Shown one piece after another: positions 9,305 to 19,526 of a stretch of 64,000 bases of DNA. The notes beneath the pieces were generated by a model. The model did no database searches. It saw only the letters and a list, made by a program, of their open reading frames with translations, and had not been told where the DNA came from. How positions within the stretch are numbered: position 1 is the first letter of the stretch; each line of letters begins with the position of its first letter. This DNA is from Candidatus Bathyarchaeia archaeon (GTDB lineage: Archaea > Thermoproteota > CALKCG01 > B24): positions 64,001-128,000 of the forward strand of contig JAVZJD010000001.1 in NCBI GenBank assembly GCA_038870975.1, given 5' to 3'. A program made the position numbers and the translations under genes.

Positions 9305-11290
9305 TCACCCCATTAGAACAGCTATTAATATTACGACCGCCGCACCAGCCATAAATGATATAACTGCTGGAAAATACTGCTGTTTTATATCTAAGTGAAG
9401 CATTTTCACGCAGAATTTAGAAAAGCTTCTTGAAAACTTGTAGTAGATATGGTCGACGTCTAAAGCGTTACAGATGTTATCGATTTTCACTAAGTTTGCA
9501 AGTACGTGATATAGATGGTAGCTGGATATATGCTCAAGTAGATTTACATCTTCTCCGCAGAGGAAAGGTTTAAGCATTTCCTCTCTCTTGACGTAAGACC
9601 CACGTGTAACTGCACTTCTAGACAAGATGAAAATAACAGCAACAACGATACATGAATATGTTAAAATAGACGCCGTTACTAGGGTTGGATTCCAAGATCC
9701 AGATGCCGTTACTAGATCACCTAATGCTGATGTCAACTTAGCCTCTAAACCCAATTGGTGTAGTGCAGGCAACACTATAAGGTTGAATACAGACTGAGGG
9801 AAGATTCCTACTATGAAGAGGAGTATTGAAAGAAGCACCATTGGGAGTAGCATTAAAACTGGCGCTTCTCGAAGCTCCCTCCTGTAATCTCGACTTTTAC
9901 CCAGAAAAATTGCATGAAACATTCTCAGAATGACAATACTCTTTAAAACACTGCCTAGAAATACAGAAACGATGAAGAATGTAGCTTTCAGCTCTAAAGC
10001 AGCATGGATTATCAACCATAATGCAGTGAAATAACCGAGAAATGGGAAACCTAACCAAGAAAGAGCACCTATGCCTCCACAAATAGTGGTAATAGGCATG
10101 TAATTATGTAAACCACCCATATCGTTCATAGAAGTACTTCCAATACGGTATATCGCTACGCCAGAAGCGAAAAATAGCAAGCCGCAGAAGAAGACATGAG
10201 GAATCATGGCGAATAAACCTGCACCAGTTCCCAAAGGAGAGCCAAATCCAAGTACCATGACAGTGCCTCCTAATGCAGAGATATGGCAATATGCAATAAC
10301 TCTTTTAGTCTCACTTTCCATTAATCCAAAAATCGGTGCTGAGATAAGCGTGATAGCGCCTACTAGAGAAATTATGAAGTTCCATATGCTAATGTTGCCG
10401 AAAAACACGGCTAATTGCGGAGGAAGTGTGACCGAGGAGTGGATATAGGGTGTGAAGATTTGACCGAAGAACCTTGGAAAAGCGTAGAGCCCCATTAGAA
10501 AACCGACGACGTGAACATAGGCTGTTACAGGGGTTGGTGCTACGGTTGCGTCCGGTAGCCATGTGTGTAAGGGGAATTGAACCGCCTTTGGCAGGATCCC
10601 TATGAAGAGTAGTATCATCGCTATGGTAACGGCTGGGGTTGCGTATATTCTTTGGGTCCACTCGTGGATCTCCCAGGTTGAAACAACTGGATATATCGTT
10701 ATTGCACCTATTAGAAAGCATACTGTGCCTATATGCGTTATGATGAGAGTTTTAAGGGCCGCAGCTCTACACGTTGGGTCTTCATGCCAGAACGCGACGA
10801 GAACGTAAGAGCAGAGGCTTGATATTTCCCAGAAGATTATGATCATTATCATGTTGCTTGAGAAACAGGCTCCAGTCATCGCCCCTAAAAAGATCAGCAT
10901 AAACGCATATGCCCTGTTGAATGTCGGTGAAACTGGTTTATATCTGTTCTCCAAGCTAAGGTATTTGATGGCGAAGGTTTGAGCTAGTGATGCGAATAAT
11001 GCCGATAGGAAAGTGGGTATTAGTGCTAAACAATCGATATATACGCTTAGTGAGATCGCCCCAAGTGGTGTATGAGCAAAGGTTATGGAGCCTGCTACTG
11101 GGCCATTCTCCAATATAGTATACGTCAACCCCAATATCAACAGTAGACATATGTAGGACGTTAAAACACATATGGATTTTGCAACGACGCCTCCATAGCG
11201 TGGAATCGTTGCAATTAGATAAGCTACGATAGCTACTAGAAAGGGTAATAGCTGTACTGTAAACGCCAGTTGAAGCGGGTCAAGCAACAT
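9305..11290 (-). CDS. Antiporter-like membrane subunit (NuoL/MrpA/HyfB family)
   Basis: FWEISSLCSY, KAVQFPLHTWLPDATVAPTPV and MGGL motifs. Confidence 0.92.
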   Translation of the reverse strand: MLLDPLQLAFTVQLLPFLVAIVAYLIATIPRYGGVVAKSICVLTSYICLLLILGLTYTILENGPVAGSITFAHTPLGAISLSVYIDCLALIPTFLSALFASLAQTFAIKYLSLENRYKPVSPTFNRAYAFMLIFLGAMTGACFSSNMIMIIIFWEISSLCSYVLVAFWHEDPTCRAAALKTLIITHIGTVCFLIGAITIYPVVSTWEIHEWTQRIYATPAVTIAMILLFIGILPKAVQFPLHTWLPDATVAPTPVTAYVHVVGFLMGLYAFPRFFGQIFTPYIHSSVTLPPQLAVFFGNISIWNFIISLVGAITLISAPIFGLMESETKRVIAYCHISALGGTVMVLGFGSPLGTGAGLFAMIPHVFFCGLLFFASGVAIYRIGSTSMNDMGGLHNYMPITTICGGIGALSWLGFPFLGYFTALWLIIHAALELKATFFIVSVFLGSVLKSIVILRMFHAIFLGKSRDYRRELREAPVLMLLPMVLLSILLFIVGIFPQSVFNLIVLPALHQLGLEAKLTSALGDLVTASGSWNPTLVTASILTYSCIVVAVIFILSRSAVTRGSYVKREEMLKPFLCGEDVNLLEHISSYHLYHVLANLVKIDNICNALDVDHIYYKFSRSFSKFCVKMLHLDIKQQYFPAVISFMAGAAVVILIAVLMG

Positions 11291-11308
11291 TAAACACCTC
11301 GAAAATTC

Positions 11309-11325
11309 CTCCTTTCCTAAAGGAG
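11309..11325. promoter_or_regulatory. 17-bp palindrome CTCCTTT-CCT-AAAGGAG between the TATA box and start of the membrane-arm operon
   Basis: Inverted repeat 7 nt downstream of a minus-strand TATAAA (11333-11338); a similar element lies at 45855-45871. Confidence 0.4.
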
Positions 11326-11396
11326 AAATGTGTTTATATTATTTGCGCTTACATAGTTTTATCGACTGTTGAAATCTCGGTTGATTAAGATGGGGT

Positions 11397-11834
11397 TTAA
11401 GGCTTCGCACCCTCATGTTTCTGTTTACGTAACGGATGTAAACCCTCTGGCCAGTCGTCAGACAGTATTAAACGCTTTAGCTCTGGATGCCCTTCAAATT
11501 TCACACCGAGTAAATCATGTATCTCACGTTCGTATAATGCGGCTCCAGGAATTATATCTGTAATCGACTGTACCGCTGCAATATTGGAGGGGATTTTAAT
11601 GCTTAAAGTCAGTATTACTCTGCCTTTGCTTAGGTGGTAGAGTAATTCAATTCCATCCTCTACTTCAAGCCCAGTTATTGCAGATAAGTGGGTAAAACCC
11701 TCCTTCTTCAAAGCCATGATAACATCTTTAACTCTACTAGGGTCTACTTTGGCTGAGACACGGCTATTCCTTGCTGAAACCACTATGCTTGAAACATCGG
11801 CTATCTGTTTGAGTAAACTGACTACATCCTCCAT
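11397..11834 (-). CDS. NuoC/EchD/MbhK-like subunit, locus 1
   Basis: HLSAITG, YEREIHDLLGVKFEGHP and WPEGLHPLRK motifs. Confidence 0.92.
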   Translation of the reverse strand: MEDVVSLLKQIADVSSIVVSARNSRVSAKVDPSRVKDVIMALKKEGFTHLSAITGLEVEDGIELLYHLSKGRVILTLSIKIPSNIAAVQSITDIIPGAALYEREIHDLLGVKFEGHPELKRLILSDDWPEGLHPLRKQKHEGAKP

Positions 11835-12256
11835 AAACCCTAGGACACCGAGCTTTCTCTTAAAGAGAAACTTTTTTATAAATCTCCCGCTTATTCAGTC
11901 AAAAATGGCTTATCTCAGTAGTAGGAATATAGCGTATAATTTGAAAAAGCTCTAAGGTGGAAGATTTTAGGTTTTCAGGAACTCAAATATTTCCCACTTT
12001 TAAACCTTGTTTTCACCATGCTCTCATAAGGCTTATAGAGGCGTATGGTAGATTGGAGTCAATAGACATACTACTGTCTGAAGGCAATTTGCACATTTCC
12101 TGTAGTCTCAGGTCCAAGTATATGGAGCTGATGATTGCAAACATTGAGTTTACTCAAACCTTTAATAGCAGTGGTTGAAGAGCGTAATAATTATATGCGA
12201 GGGGGAGATTTAATATCTCTACGCGTAAGATGACTTTTGAGTTGAGGTAGCCTACT

Positions 12257-12646
12257 ATGAGCGTTGAATATTTGATTAAAATCTCGGAAGACTTTTACGG
12301 TAGAGCTCGTAAGGAGTTTGAAGATTCTACCGTTAAGAGGGATATATTGGGTATAAGAGATTCTGCTGAGAAGGCTTGGAATGCTGTAGTCCAAGCCGTC
12401 GATGCATTGATATTAAAGTATGTTGGGAAGATACCGTCGAGCCACTTCGAGAGGAGGAGGATTTTGAGAGAGCTTGAGGAAGCTGATAGGCGGATTGAAA
12501 GCTTGGGGATCTTAGACCGATACATGTCTAGGTATAAAGTCTTACATGGAGAGACATTCTACGAAGGCATAATAGACATAGAGCAGTTGAAAGTCGAGAT
12601 GGAGAAAGTCGGAAAACTCATTAAAGATATTAAGAGTCTACTTTGA
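12257..12646 (+). CDS. PaREP1/HEPN-like family protein
   Basis: RDSAEKAWNAV...LHGETFYEG pattern typical of the PaREP1 helical family. Confidence 0.7.
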   Translation: MSVEYLIKISEDFYGRARKEFEDSTVKRDILGIRDSAEKAWNAVVQAVDALILKYVGKIPSSHFERRRILRELEEADRRIESLGILDRYMSRYKVLHGETFYEGIIDIEQLKVEMEKVGKLIKDIKSLL

Positions 12647-12815
12647 AACGCCGCATAGAGCCCATTATTCTCGTTTTTCAGTTGTAGCGCTTTCATGTAA
12701 AGATAAATTTTCGTTCTTAATCTATGGCTTTTATTTAAGGTTATGTCTTCAACGACAGTAAAGGTTTAAAAAGCATATGTCTAAGAATGATCTCAGAATA
12801 ATTACGATGAAAATT

Positions 12816-13241
12816 TTAGGTTTTCAGAATCCAAATTCTTCCCAATCTTTTATAGTTCGATTTTAAGATGTTTTTAGCCTCGGCTATGGTTCCATTCCTA
12901 TCGTAGATTACAATACCGTCCTCTAATGCATCTAGTATTAAACCCCATCCACCTCTAACAGCGTCTATAAGCTCTTCGGGGGTTATCCATATGTCTTCAA
13001 TTAACAAACAGTCCTCCTTAATCTTTAAAGCCATCATCCTCCTCTCAAAGAGGTCTTTTGGAATGCTTTCAGCTACCACTAAAACATCTATATCGCTTTC
13101 CGGATACGGTTTCTCCAAGCCCTTGGCTAGAGAACCGTAGAGGATTAAGCCTGCGGCTCTACCGTCTCTAAGGACCAGTGTGAGGTACTTTTTAAGGGCT
13201 TCTTCATAGGCTTTAGCCCTTAGTTTCGGAAGATTTAGCAA
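12816..13241 (-). CDS. Minimal nucleotidyltransferase (MNT antitoxin)
   Basis: ILYGSLAKG...SDIDVLVV; overlaps the upstream HEPN gene. Confidence 0.9.
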   Translation of the reverse strand: MLNLPKLRAKAYEEALKKYLTLVLRDGRAAGLILYGSLAKGLEKPYPESDIDVLVVAESIPKDLFERRMMALKIKEDCLLIEDIWITPEELIDAVRGGWGLILDALEDGIVIYDRNGTIAEAKNILKSNYKRLGRIWILKT

Positions 13242-13678
13242 TCCATACCACCGATGAGCTTTTTAACTATTTCCAAAACGGCTTTAGCGTTGTTGATGAG
13301 TAGAGCCGTCTTTTCTTCATCGTAGATTTCACTAGGCTTGATTATTCTATCAACCGTCTCCCAGCCGTATCTAGGTAGCGTTCCCTGGTCTTCCAAAGTT
13401 ATTGAGTATGAAATCGCTTTGTTCAACAAATCCATATAGTCCTTTTTTAAATCCACCAGCCCACCAGCTATAAGGGACTTGAGGACTATAGTTGGCTTAT
13501 GGGTTTTACCAGGATCAAAACCTAAGGCTACTATAACGGCTTTGATAACCTTCTGAGCGCATTGCTCAGCGTGGTAGACAGCGCTTGGGTAACGCCCGTC
13601 CCTATAGTCTCTCTCACAGTCTTTAAATTCATCCTCAGCCATTTCCAGCCAGTCCAACGCTTTTCTACTGACGGGCAT
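13235..13678 (-). CDS. HEPN domain protein (HEPN-MNT toxin-antitoxin module)
   Basis: WLEMAEDE...AVYHAEQCAQKVIKA...HK...PRYG HEPN pattern. Confidence 0.88.
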   Translation of the reverse strand: MPVSRKALDWLEMAEDEFKDCERDYRDGRYPSAVYHAEQCAQKVIKAVIVALGFDPGKTHKPTIVLKSLIAGGLVDLKKDYMDLLNKAISYSITLEDQGTLPRYGWETVDRIIKPSEIYDEEKTALLINNAKAVLEIVKKLIGGMDC

Positions 13679-13799
13679 CGATTACTTTATAGGCGGTTTA
13701 GAATTTAAGTTTTCACCAGATTAATAACCGTAGGATGAGCGTTTGCCACATCGGGAGTGGGGAAAAAATGGGGGATTAGCCCTATTATGCCCGGTTTAT

Positions 13800-14861
13800 T
13801 TATGCTACTTTCTTACGCAGTGTTAAGAGTGCATAGATTGCGATTCCTAAGGCTATTATTGCGATAACTATTGCTCCGTATGCTGCTCCGCTTATTCCGC
13901 CTACGGAGCCTTCGACGTTGCTGACTCTTCTGGAGAGTGCATCTATACTATCTCGTAGCGCATTGACCGAGTCCCTTAGACTTCTCACATCGCTCAGTAG
14001 CGATTCTATATTCGTCTCAGCCGTGAGGAGCCTTGAAGTTATGCCTGTGATCGAGCCTTTAATTGCATCCATATCCGTCTTCAACGTTCCAACAGTAGTT
14101 CCGAGGTCTCTGAGTGTTTTGTTGAGAGAATCCAGTGACTTATTGAGTGATTCTATTTCTGAAATTAGCTTTGATAAAGCTGGAGGAGTGTCTACAATAA
14201 CTACTTTAAGCGTTTTACTCACTATGGTGCCGTCTTCACCAGTTGCCGTGATAGTTACCAAATAGGTCCCCTTCGTAGCTTCAAGCGACGCTGTCACTAC
14301 TGCGATTGAGCTGAAGCTTGGCGTACCAGTTGCGTTTATGAATTCTACGGATAAGTTTTCAACGGTCGTAGCGGTTAGAGCCACTTTGTAAGTATATGCA
14401 CCTACTGCGTCGACCTGGATGTTCACGGAGTCGTAGAGACCTATGGGTACTGTTGCTGTCTCAGGAGTCAGCGTCACTGTGAATGTTGGAGCTGATGAAG
14501 CGGTGAACGACGTAGTTTTAGAAACGCCTCCATATACGGCCTTGACCGTGTAGGTTCCTGTAGGTAGGGTTTCAGCGAGTCTGAAGCTCGTCGTGTAGCT
14601 TCCGTCGGTACCTGTTTTAACAACGTCTGCAAACCTTAACGTCCCAGCTGGGTCTCTAACCTCAACGTTCACGTAGACGTTGGCTTTAGCCACGTTGTCT
14701 TCCTTAACCGTGCCGCTTATTGTTACGACTTGACCTAAGAGGTACGATGATTTATCCGTCGTGACTGTTACCGTTATGACTGCTGCTGTCGCTGGAGTCG
14801 CTAAAAGTAGCAAAGCCACTAGAAGTAACGGCAGGATTTTAAGAGCGATACTAGACCTCAT
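13800..14861 (-). CDS. Secreted membrane-anchored surface protein: Ig-like domains, coiled-coil stalk, C-terminal TM (SlaB-like)
   Basis: Signal peptide, Thr/Val-rich beta domains, heptad stalk (LISEIESLNKSLDSLNKTL...), C-terminal hydrophobic helix ending RKKVA. Confidence 0.75.
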   Translation of the reverse strand: MRSSIALKILPLLLVALLLLATPATAAVITVTVTTDKSSYLLGQVVTISGTVKEDNVAKANVYVNVEVRDPAGTLRFADVVKTGTDGSYTTSFRLAETLPTGTYTVKAVYGGVSKTTSFTASSAPTFTVTLTPETATVPIGLYDSVNIQVDAVGAYTYKVALTATTVENLSVEFINATGTPSFSSIAVVTASLEATKGTYLVTITATGEDGTIVSKTLKVVIVDTPPALSKLISEIESLNKSLDSLNKTLRDLGTTVGTLKTDMDAIKGSITGITSRLLTAETNIESLLSDVRSLRDSVNALRDSIDALSRRVSNVEGSVGGISGAAYGAIVIAIIALGIAIYALLTLRKKVA

Positions 14862-14877
14862 TGTCTACTCCTCCCTC

Positions 14878-17346
14878 TTAGACGACCGTTATCGTCAGTG
14901 TTATAGGATCTGCTATGGCTTCACCGGTCACGGCATCTACAACCATTATCTTGGCTGTCCAGGTTCCCTTAGCAGCTCCAGTCAGGTATGTAGCAGTAGG
15001 CGTTATAGACTGGCCTGCTACAAGCGTTACCCTAAGCTCGTATATCGGGTACTGTGGTACGCCTGTTGGGTCTGTAAACGTTATCCTTATGATCACGTCT
15101 TTACTGACCGCCGCTTTGTTCGTTATAGTTGCAGTTATCTTGACTTCTTCACCACTACTGTAGCTGGGTTTATCGGTCTTGGCATCAGTTATCGTAGTAG
15201 GCATAACTGGCACTGGTGGAGCATAGGCAACCGTTATGGTTCTAGTGGCTTTAGCCTCGTAGCCCGCAGAGTCTATAGCGTAGACGGTTACCTTGTATGT
15301 CTTATTCACCTCAAGCGTTAATGAGAAGTTGAAGAATGCCTTACTATCCTCTATACTGACTATCGGAACTGAAACGTTGGCAGCACCGTTAAGGCTATAC
15401 TGGAATAGAGATATGACTGTACCTGTCTCGGCTGCAGGTGAAGGCTTAGCCCACCCTGCTATGTAGACGGTTGTAACGTTCTCAGTCGTAGTGACAGTTG
15501 TGTCTTTAGCTGGCTGTGTAATGTTTATTATAGGCTCTAAGGTTGTGACGAGTATCGTGGCTGATGCCGACGCCAACCCGTACTGCGTTGTCGAAGCCGT
15601 TATAACGTACTTGCCTAAGACCGCTGGAGCAGTCCATCCGACCGTAACGCTAGTATCAAGAGGCCCTATGTCTACAATTTCCTCTTCAAGTACACCACCA
15701 GTAGCAGACAAAGTCACTCTTATGGCCGCTTTGAACGAGTTCTCAGAAACTTCATTATCATACTTATCCGCTAGGTAAACTTTGATGTCAGCCGTACCCT
15801 CAGGCTCAACAGCCTCGGGAGCATCTATACCAAGCTTGTAAATCATACCTGGTGTGGTCTTTATTTCTGCAGATTCTACTTCAAAAGTAGCCGTTGGATC
15901 TGTCGTCACGGGTCTGGATACGATAGCTTTAACCGTCGTCGTTTTATATGCCTCTGTATCTACGTAGAACTTGGTGGTTGCCTTGCCATCTCCATCTGTC
16001 GTCGTAGATACTGGTGAAAATCTACCTGCATAGTCTTCAGCGGTGACCTCAAACCTGACTGGAACGCCCTTCTGAGCAGGAATTAGCGTTACAGTGATGG
16101 TTGCATACCTTCCAGCTTCAACCTCAGTTGAAACATTGGGAGTTATTGTAGTTGTCATTTCGGTTGCGAATGTCGACGTTCTAAGCGATTTAGAAGTACC
16201 ACTGTAAGTTCCAGCATACGTACCTGATGGGACTGAAACCTTGGCAGATATCATTGCATATGTACCATATAGTGGATCAGGCTCGTATACCACGGGTAAT
16301 GATTCAGCGGAACCCGCAGGTATTGTTGTAGTAGTGCTTATAAGTGTACCCTTAGTAGCCGTTAATGTCACAGTAGCTGTTACTCCCGCCTCCATAGCGA
16401 CGGGGTTGTCGTATTTATCTGTAACGGAAACCGTAATCTCGAATGAGTCTTCTGTAAGGTAGGATATTGTATAGCCTTCTTCGTCAAATGGAGTTTTAAC
16501 AACGACCTTAGTCGGAGCAGCAGGTACAACTGTTAAAGGCTTTATACCAGGTGTCAACTGTGCCCCAACTGATTCTGCATCTATAACGGCGTCTGCTTTA
16601 AACGTCCAGCTACCAGCCTTTGTAGGCGTATATGTTGCTGAGGCTTTACCATTAGCATCTGTTACAACTTCAGCTATCTTAACGTTATCACCATCTGGGT
16701 TTACGGCCCAGATGACTAAGGGTAGTCCTTTATCAGCTTTCTCATAACCTTGAGACCATGTTGCAACTTTAATCGTGACTTTGTCGCCAGCCTTTGCAGG
16801 AGCGGTGTACTCAAGCGCCACTACTACCGCATCGGCTAAACCCTCGTAGAGATATACTTTTTTAGTTATGGTGGTGTCGTCTACAAACTTAATCGTAACG
16901 GTTAATTCATACTTGTCTACGACACCCTCGGTGGCCTCAGCATCCTCAGGATCTATCCCAATTTTTACTTTACCTTTTCCACCCTCTGGAAGGATGTAGT
17001 TGAAGCCAGATGGTAGCACACTCGCCACAGTCCACGGACCAGTACCTATTACGGTGAAATTTGTACCGGATACGAAACCTGGACACTCTATGAAGGATAT
17101 ACTTTCAGCCGCCGCCGCTGGCACGTATATCCTAACTTCTTTAATGTCCGGGTTGCCTAATGGGTTCTCAATAGTGATAGTTCTAATGGGGAGAGTAGGA
17201 TAGTCTCCAACAACTATGTATGGGTAGTCTAGGGATACTTTCGGCTCTTTAACAGCCGCCAATACTGGGGTCGTTGGTATTGCGATTAATAGTGGTGCTA
17301 GGGCTAATAGGGCTATAAGGGCTAGACTCAACTTCTTGGTTGACAT
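14878..17346 (-). CDS. Large secreted multi-Ig-domain surface protein (putative S-layer major subunit, SlaA-like)
   Basis: Signal peptide, 822 aa T/V/A-rich beta-sandwich repeats, NxT sequons, no C-terminal TM. Confidence 0.7.
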   Translation of the reverse strand: MSTKKLSLALIALLALAPLLIAIPTTPVLAAVKEPKVSLDYPYIVVGDYPTLPIRTITIENPLGNPDIKEVRIYVPAAAAESISFIECPGFVSGTNFTVIGTGPWTVASVLPSGFNYILPEGGKGKVKIGIDPEDAEATEGVVDKYELTVTIKFVDDTTITKKVYLYEGLADAVVVALEYTAPAKAGDKVTIKVATWSQGYEKADKGLPLVIWAVNPDGDNVKIAEVVTDANGKASATYTPTKAGSWTFKADAVIDAESVGAQLTPGIKPLTVVPAAPTKVVVKTPFDEEGYTISYLTEDSFEITVSVTDKYDNPVAMEAGVTATVTLTATKGTLISTTTTIPAGSAESLPVVYEPDPLYGTYAMISAKVSVPSGTYAGTYSGTSKSLRTSTFATEMTTTITPNVSTEVEAGRYATITVTLIPAQKGVPVRFEVTAEDYAGRFSPVSTTTDGDGKATTKFYVDTEAYKTTTVKAIVSRPVTTDPTATFEVESAEIKTTPGMIYKLGIDAPEAVEPEGTADIKVYLADKYDNEVSENSFKAAIRVTLSATGGVLEEEIVDIGPLDTSVTVGWTAPAVLGKYVITASTTQYGLASASATILVTTLEPIINITQPAKDTTVTTTENVTTVYIAGWAKPSPAAETGTVISLFQYSLNGAANVSVPIVSIEDSKAFFNFSLTLEVNKTYKVTVYAIDSAGYEAKATRTITVAYAPPVPVMPTTITDAKTDKPSYSSGEEVKITATITNKAAVSKDVIIRITFTDPTGVPQYPIYELRVTLVAGQSITPTATYLTGAAKGTWTAKIMVVDAVTGEAIADPITLTITVV

Positions 17347-17822
17347 GGTAGATCCACCGAAACTTTCGACGTAAGAGGTTACTTCTCAACTGCTTATAAG
17401 GTTAACCTATAATCTTGTAGACGAAACTTTATACTAAACGCTAAGCCTTTTTAAAAGAAAATATCAAAATATACAAATGTAAACAATTGTCAACACAACT
17501 CTGCCCAAGAGTTTTTAAAACAACCCATGAAAAACCCAATCTAAGTAGGATTCTACTCTGAGCTACACAGTCTTTAAGAGACAAACGTAGCCCCTCCCAC
17601 CTATTAATTCACTGGGGTCTAAGGGGGGAATAGCTCCCCGCATCGAAGGTTTGAAGCTACTTACGACAACTCTATCTATTGTTAAGCTATGTTTCCCCCA
17701 TTTCATCAACCTACCTCATAGAAAGCTATGCTCTCTGAGCGGAGGGGTAGATTTTGGAGGAATTTTAGAATTAACGTATTCTAGTCAAGTCGTTCCATTC
17801 CATAAGAAGGGGTGAAAACTCT

Positions 17823-18160
17823 CAAATTGCTTCAGCCTTAGTGAATAGTGGATTTGAAACTGAAAATTGGCTGAGGCTTTAAGCTTAACGAACTATGGGC
17901 ATCGATAGAGAATTTAAGTGTAGCTGGAGGGGGAGGGTTTCAGGCTATAGACTCGAAGAACGCATAAGCGTAGAACTAATACTGGAGGATGGGAAGCCAG
18001 TGAAAGCAGAAGCAGTAGCAACGATTCTACCGGGAGAAGAGGTTATCATAAGCGACAACCTAACGTCAAACCTAGGAATAGTAATACTTGACCCACATAA
18101 AGGAGTTGTGGTGTCTTAGAGATGAGTTGAATGGAGAGGAAAGAACGACTATACACTCTG
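17823..18160 (+). pseudogene. Degraded archaeal aspartyl-protease-like gene, copy 1
   Basis: Frameshifted fragments SALVNSGFETE...LAEALSL...EVIISDNLTSNLGIVILDP; nucleotide homology to 19861-20160. Confidence 0.55.
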
Positions 18161-18289
18161 AAAAATGGATGTGAAAAATCATTACATTGGTATTCACGTA
18201 GGAGTCAAATTTGGCGTATAAGTAAGATCCATTCATCAAAAGTCTTCACAGCAAAGCAGTTACGCCGCTTAGAAGAGACAATTGATACT

Positions 18290-18478
18290 TGAAGGAGTAT
18301 TCTGGCTCGTATAATCCCTCTGCAACTTAGAGTCCGGATCCCCGCCTCTCTACGACTTTAACCATACATAGAGGCGTAGGTCATGAGTACAACGTTCTTC
18401 CTTAACCTTTCAGAGTAATTTTTCTCCAAGCTTCTTCAGCTTGTTTAAAACTATATCGATTGTACTACAGCACTCTAA
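18290..18478 (-). pseudogene. Degraded C-terminal fragment paralogous to the 20182-21063 gene
   Basis: gttcttccttaacctttcagag...aagcttcttcagcttgtttaaaa aligns by eye with gttcttcctaagcttctcagg...aagcttattcagcttgtttaaaa at about 20310-20366. Confidence 0.65.
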
Positions 18479-18550
18479 GATTAATCGTTATCTTCAGCTT
18501 CGTTCAATGATGGTATTTTAATTATTTTTAGACTTTAGCCGTGGAGGACG

Positions 18551-19012
18551 TTAAAAGTCGATGTTTGTGTTAAGCCATATTCTCTTAACTTCTTTAACTC
18601 TGTCGAAGTCTTCGTCTTCTGTTACTATATTGCTTATTCCAGTCTTCTCCATGGTGGCTAAGTGTACGGCGTCTGATGGTTTTAAGTTGTATTTTATGAG
18701 GTATTTTTCTGTGGGCTTTAAATCCTCCTCTTCGATGGGTATAACTTCTGTGCAAGGCAGAATGATGTCTCTTAAAAAGTTAAATGTGACATCGTAAGGA
18801 ACTCCATACTTTTTCGATATGTATAGTACTTCATCTACGACTAGCATGTTGATGAATAGTTCTTCTCCAAGAAGCTTTTTGAAAAGTTCTTCCAAAGGCC
18901 TCCTCGCTTCGTCGGTCATCACATTTAGATATATTAGAAAGCAGGAGTCTAGGAATATCTTCAACTCACGCCTCCTCGAACTCCATTTCAAGGTAGGCTT
19001 TTTTAAGCTCAC
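18551..19012 (-). CDS. vapC: VapC PIN-domain toxin
   Basis: IFLDSCFLIY...DEVLY...PSDAVHLA...TEDEDF; true start is probably near LKIFLD (~18964). Confidence 0.9.
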   Translation of the reverse strand: MSLKKPTLKWSSRRRELKIFLDSCFLIYLNVMTDEARRPLEELFKKLLGEELFINMLVVDEVLYISKKYGVPYDVTFNFLRDIILPCTEVIPIEEEDLKPTEKYLIKYNLKPSDAVHLATMEKTGISNIVTEDEDFDRVKEVKRIWLNTNIDF

Positions 19013-19232
19013 CTAGCTTTAGACTTAAAGCCCTGATTTCCCTGAGCTTTTCCACGTGCCTTTCAAGCCTATCCATTATCTCATCTGGCGACGGTCTTCC
19101 CCTTATCAAAAGACCTTCGGGAGCCGGCTCTATTACGACATGCCCTCCCTCCTGTATGCCATATCGATTCCTGAGCATCTTCGGGATGAATATTTGCCCT
19201 TTGTTTCCAACTTTTACTCTAAGTTCAACCAT
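18966..19232 (-). CDS. AbrB/MazE-family antitoxin (VapB)
   Basis: VKVGNKGQIFIPKMLRNRYGIQEG swapped-hairpin motif, directly upstream of vapC. Confidence 0.9.
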   Translation of the reverse strand: MVELRVKVGNKGQIFIPKMLRNRYGIQEGGHVVIEPAPEGLLIRGRPSPDEIMDRLERHVEKLREIRALSLKLGELKKAYLEMEFEEA

Positions 19233-19299
19233 AGCTATCCAAAGCTATACTTAACTTAGAAAAATTTAAACTTTGATATATCGTGATGGGCTCGGAAAA

Positions 19300-19526
19300 C
19301 TTCTCTGATGGCGTGAATTTAAGGTATAGTCCCTCTGAACGGGTCTGATGTAAACCATACCGAGGCTCTTAAAACCATGAAAGACATAGATGGAGGCACG
19401 TATGAAAGCCCTGCAATCGCAGACTTTAGTGGCATGACGCTCTGCAAAGCCGACGAGGCGTCAAATGTGAAGACGTTTGACGAAGACTTCCAAAAGCTAG
19501 AAGGATTCAACATAATTGGAGTCTAA
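19300..19526 (+). pseudogene. PIN/VapC C-terminal remnant
   Basis: Manual translation ...SPAIADFSGMTLC...NVKTFDEDFQKLEGFNIIGV-stop; the N-terminal half is disrupted. Confidence 0.55.

Noticed and set aside
17585-17750. GC-rich imperfect inverted repeats resembling an IS or MITE end
   Set aside because: Too degenerate; no transposase or target-site duplication identifiable.
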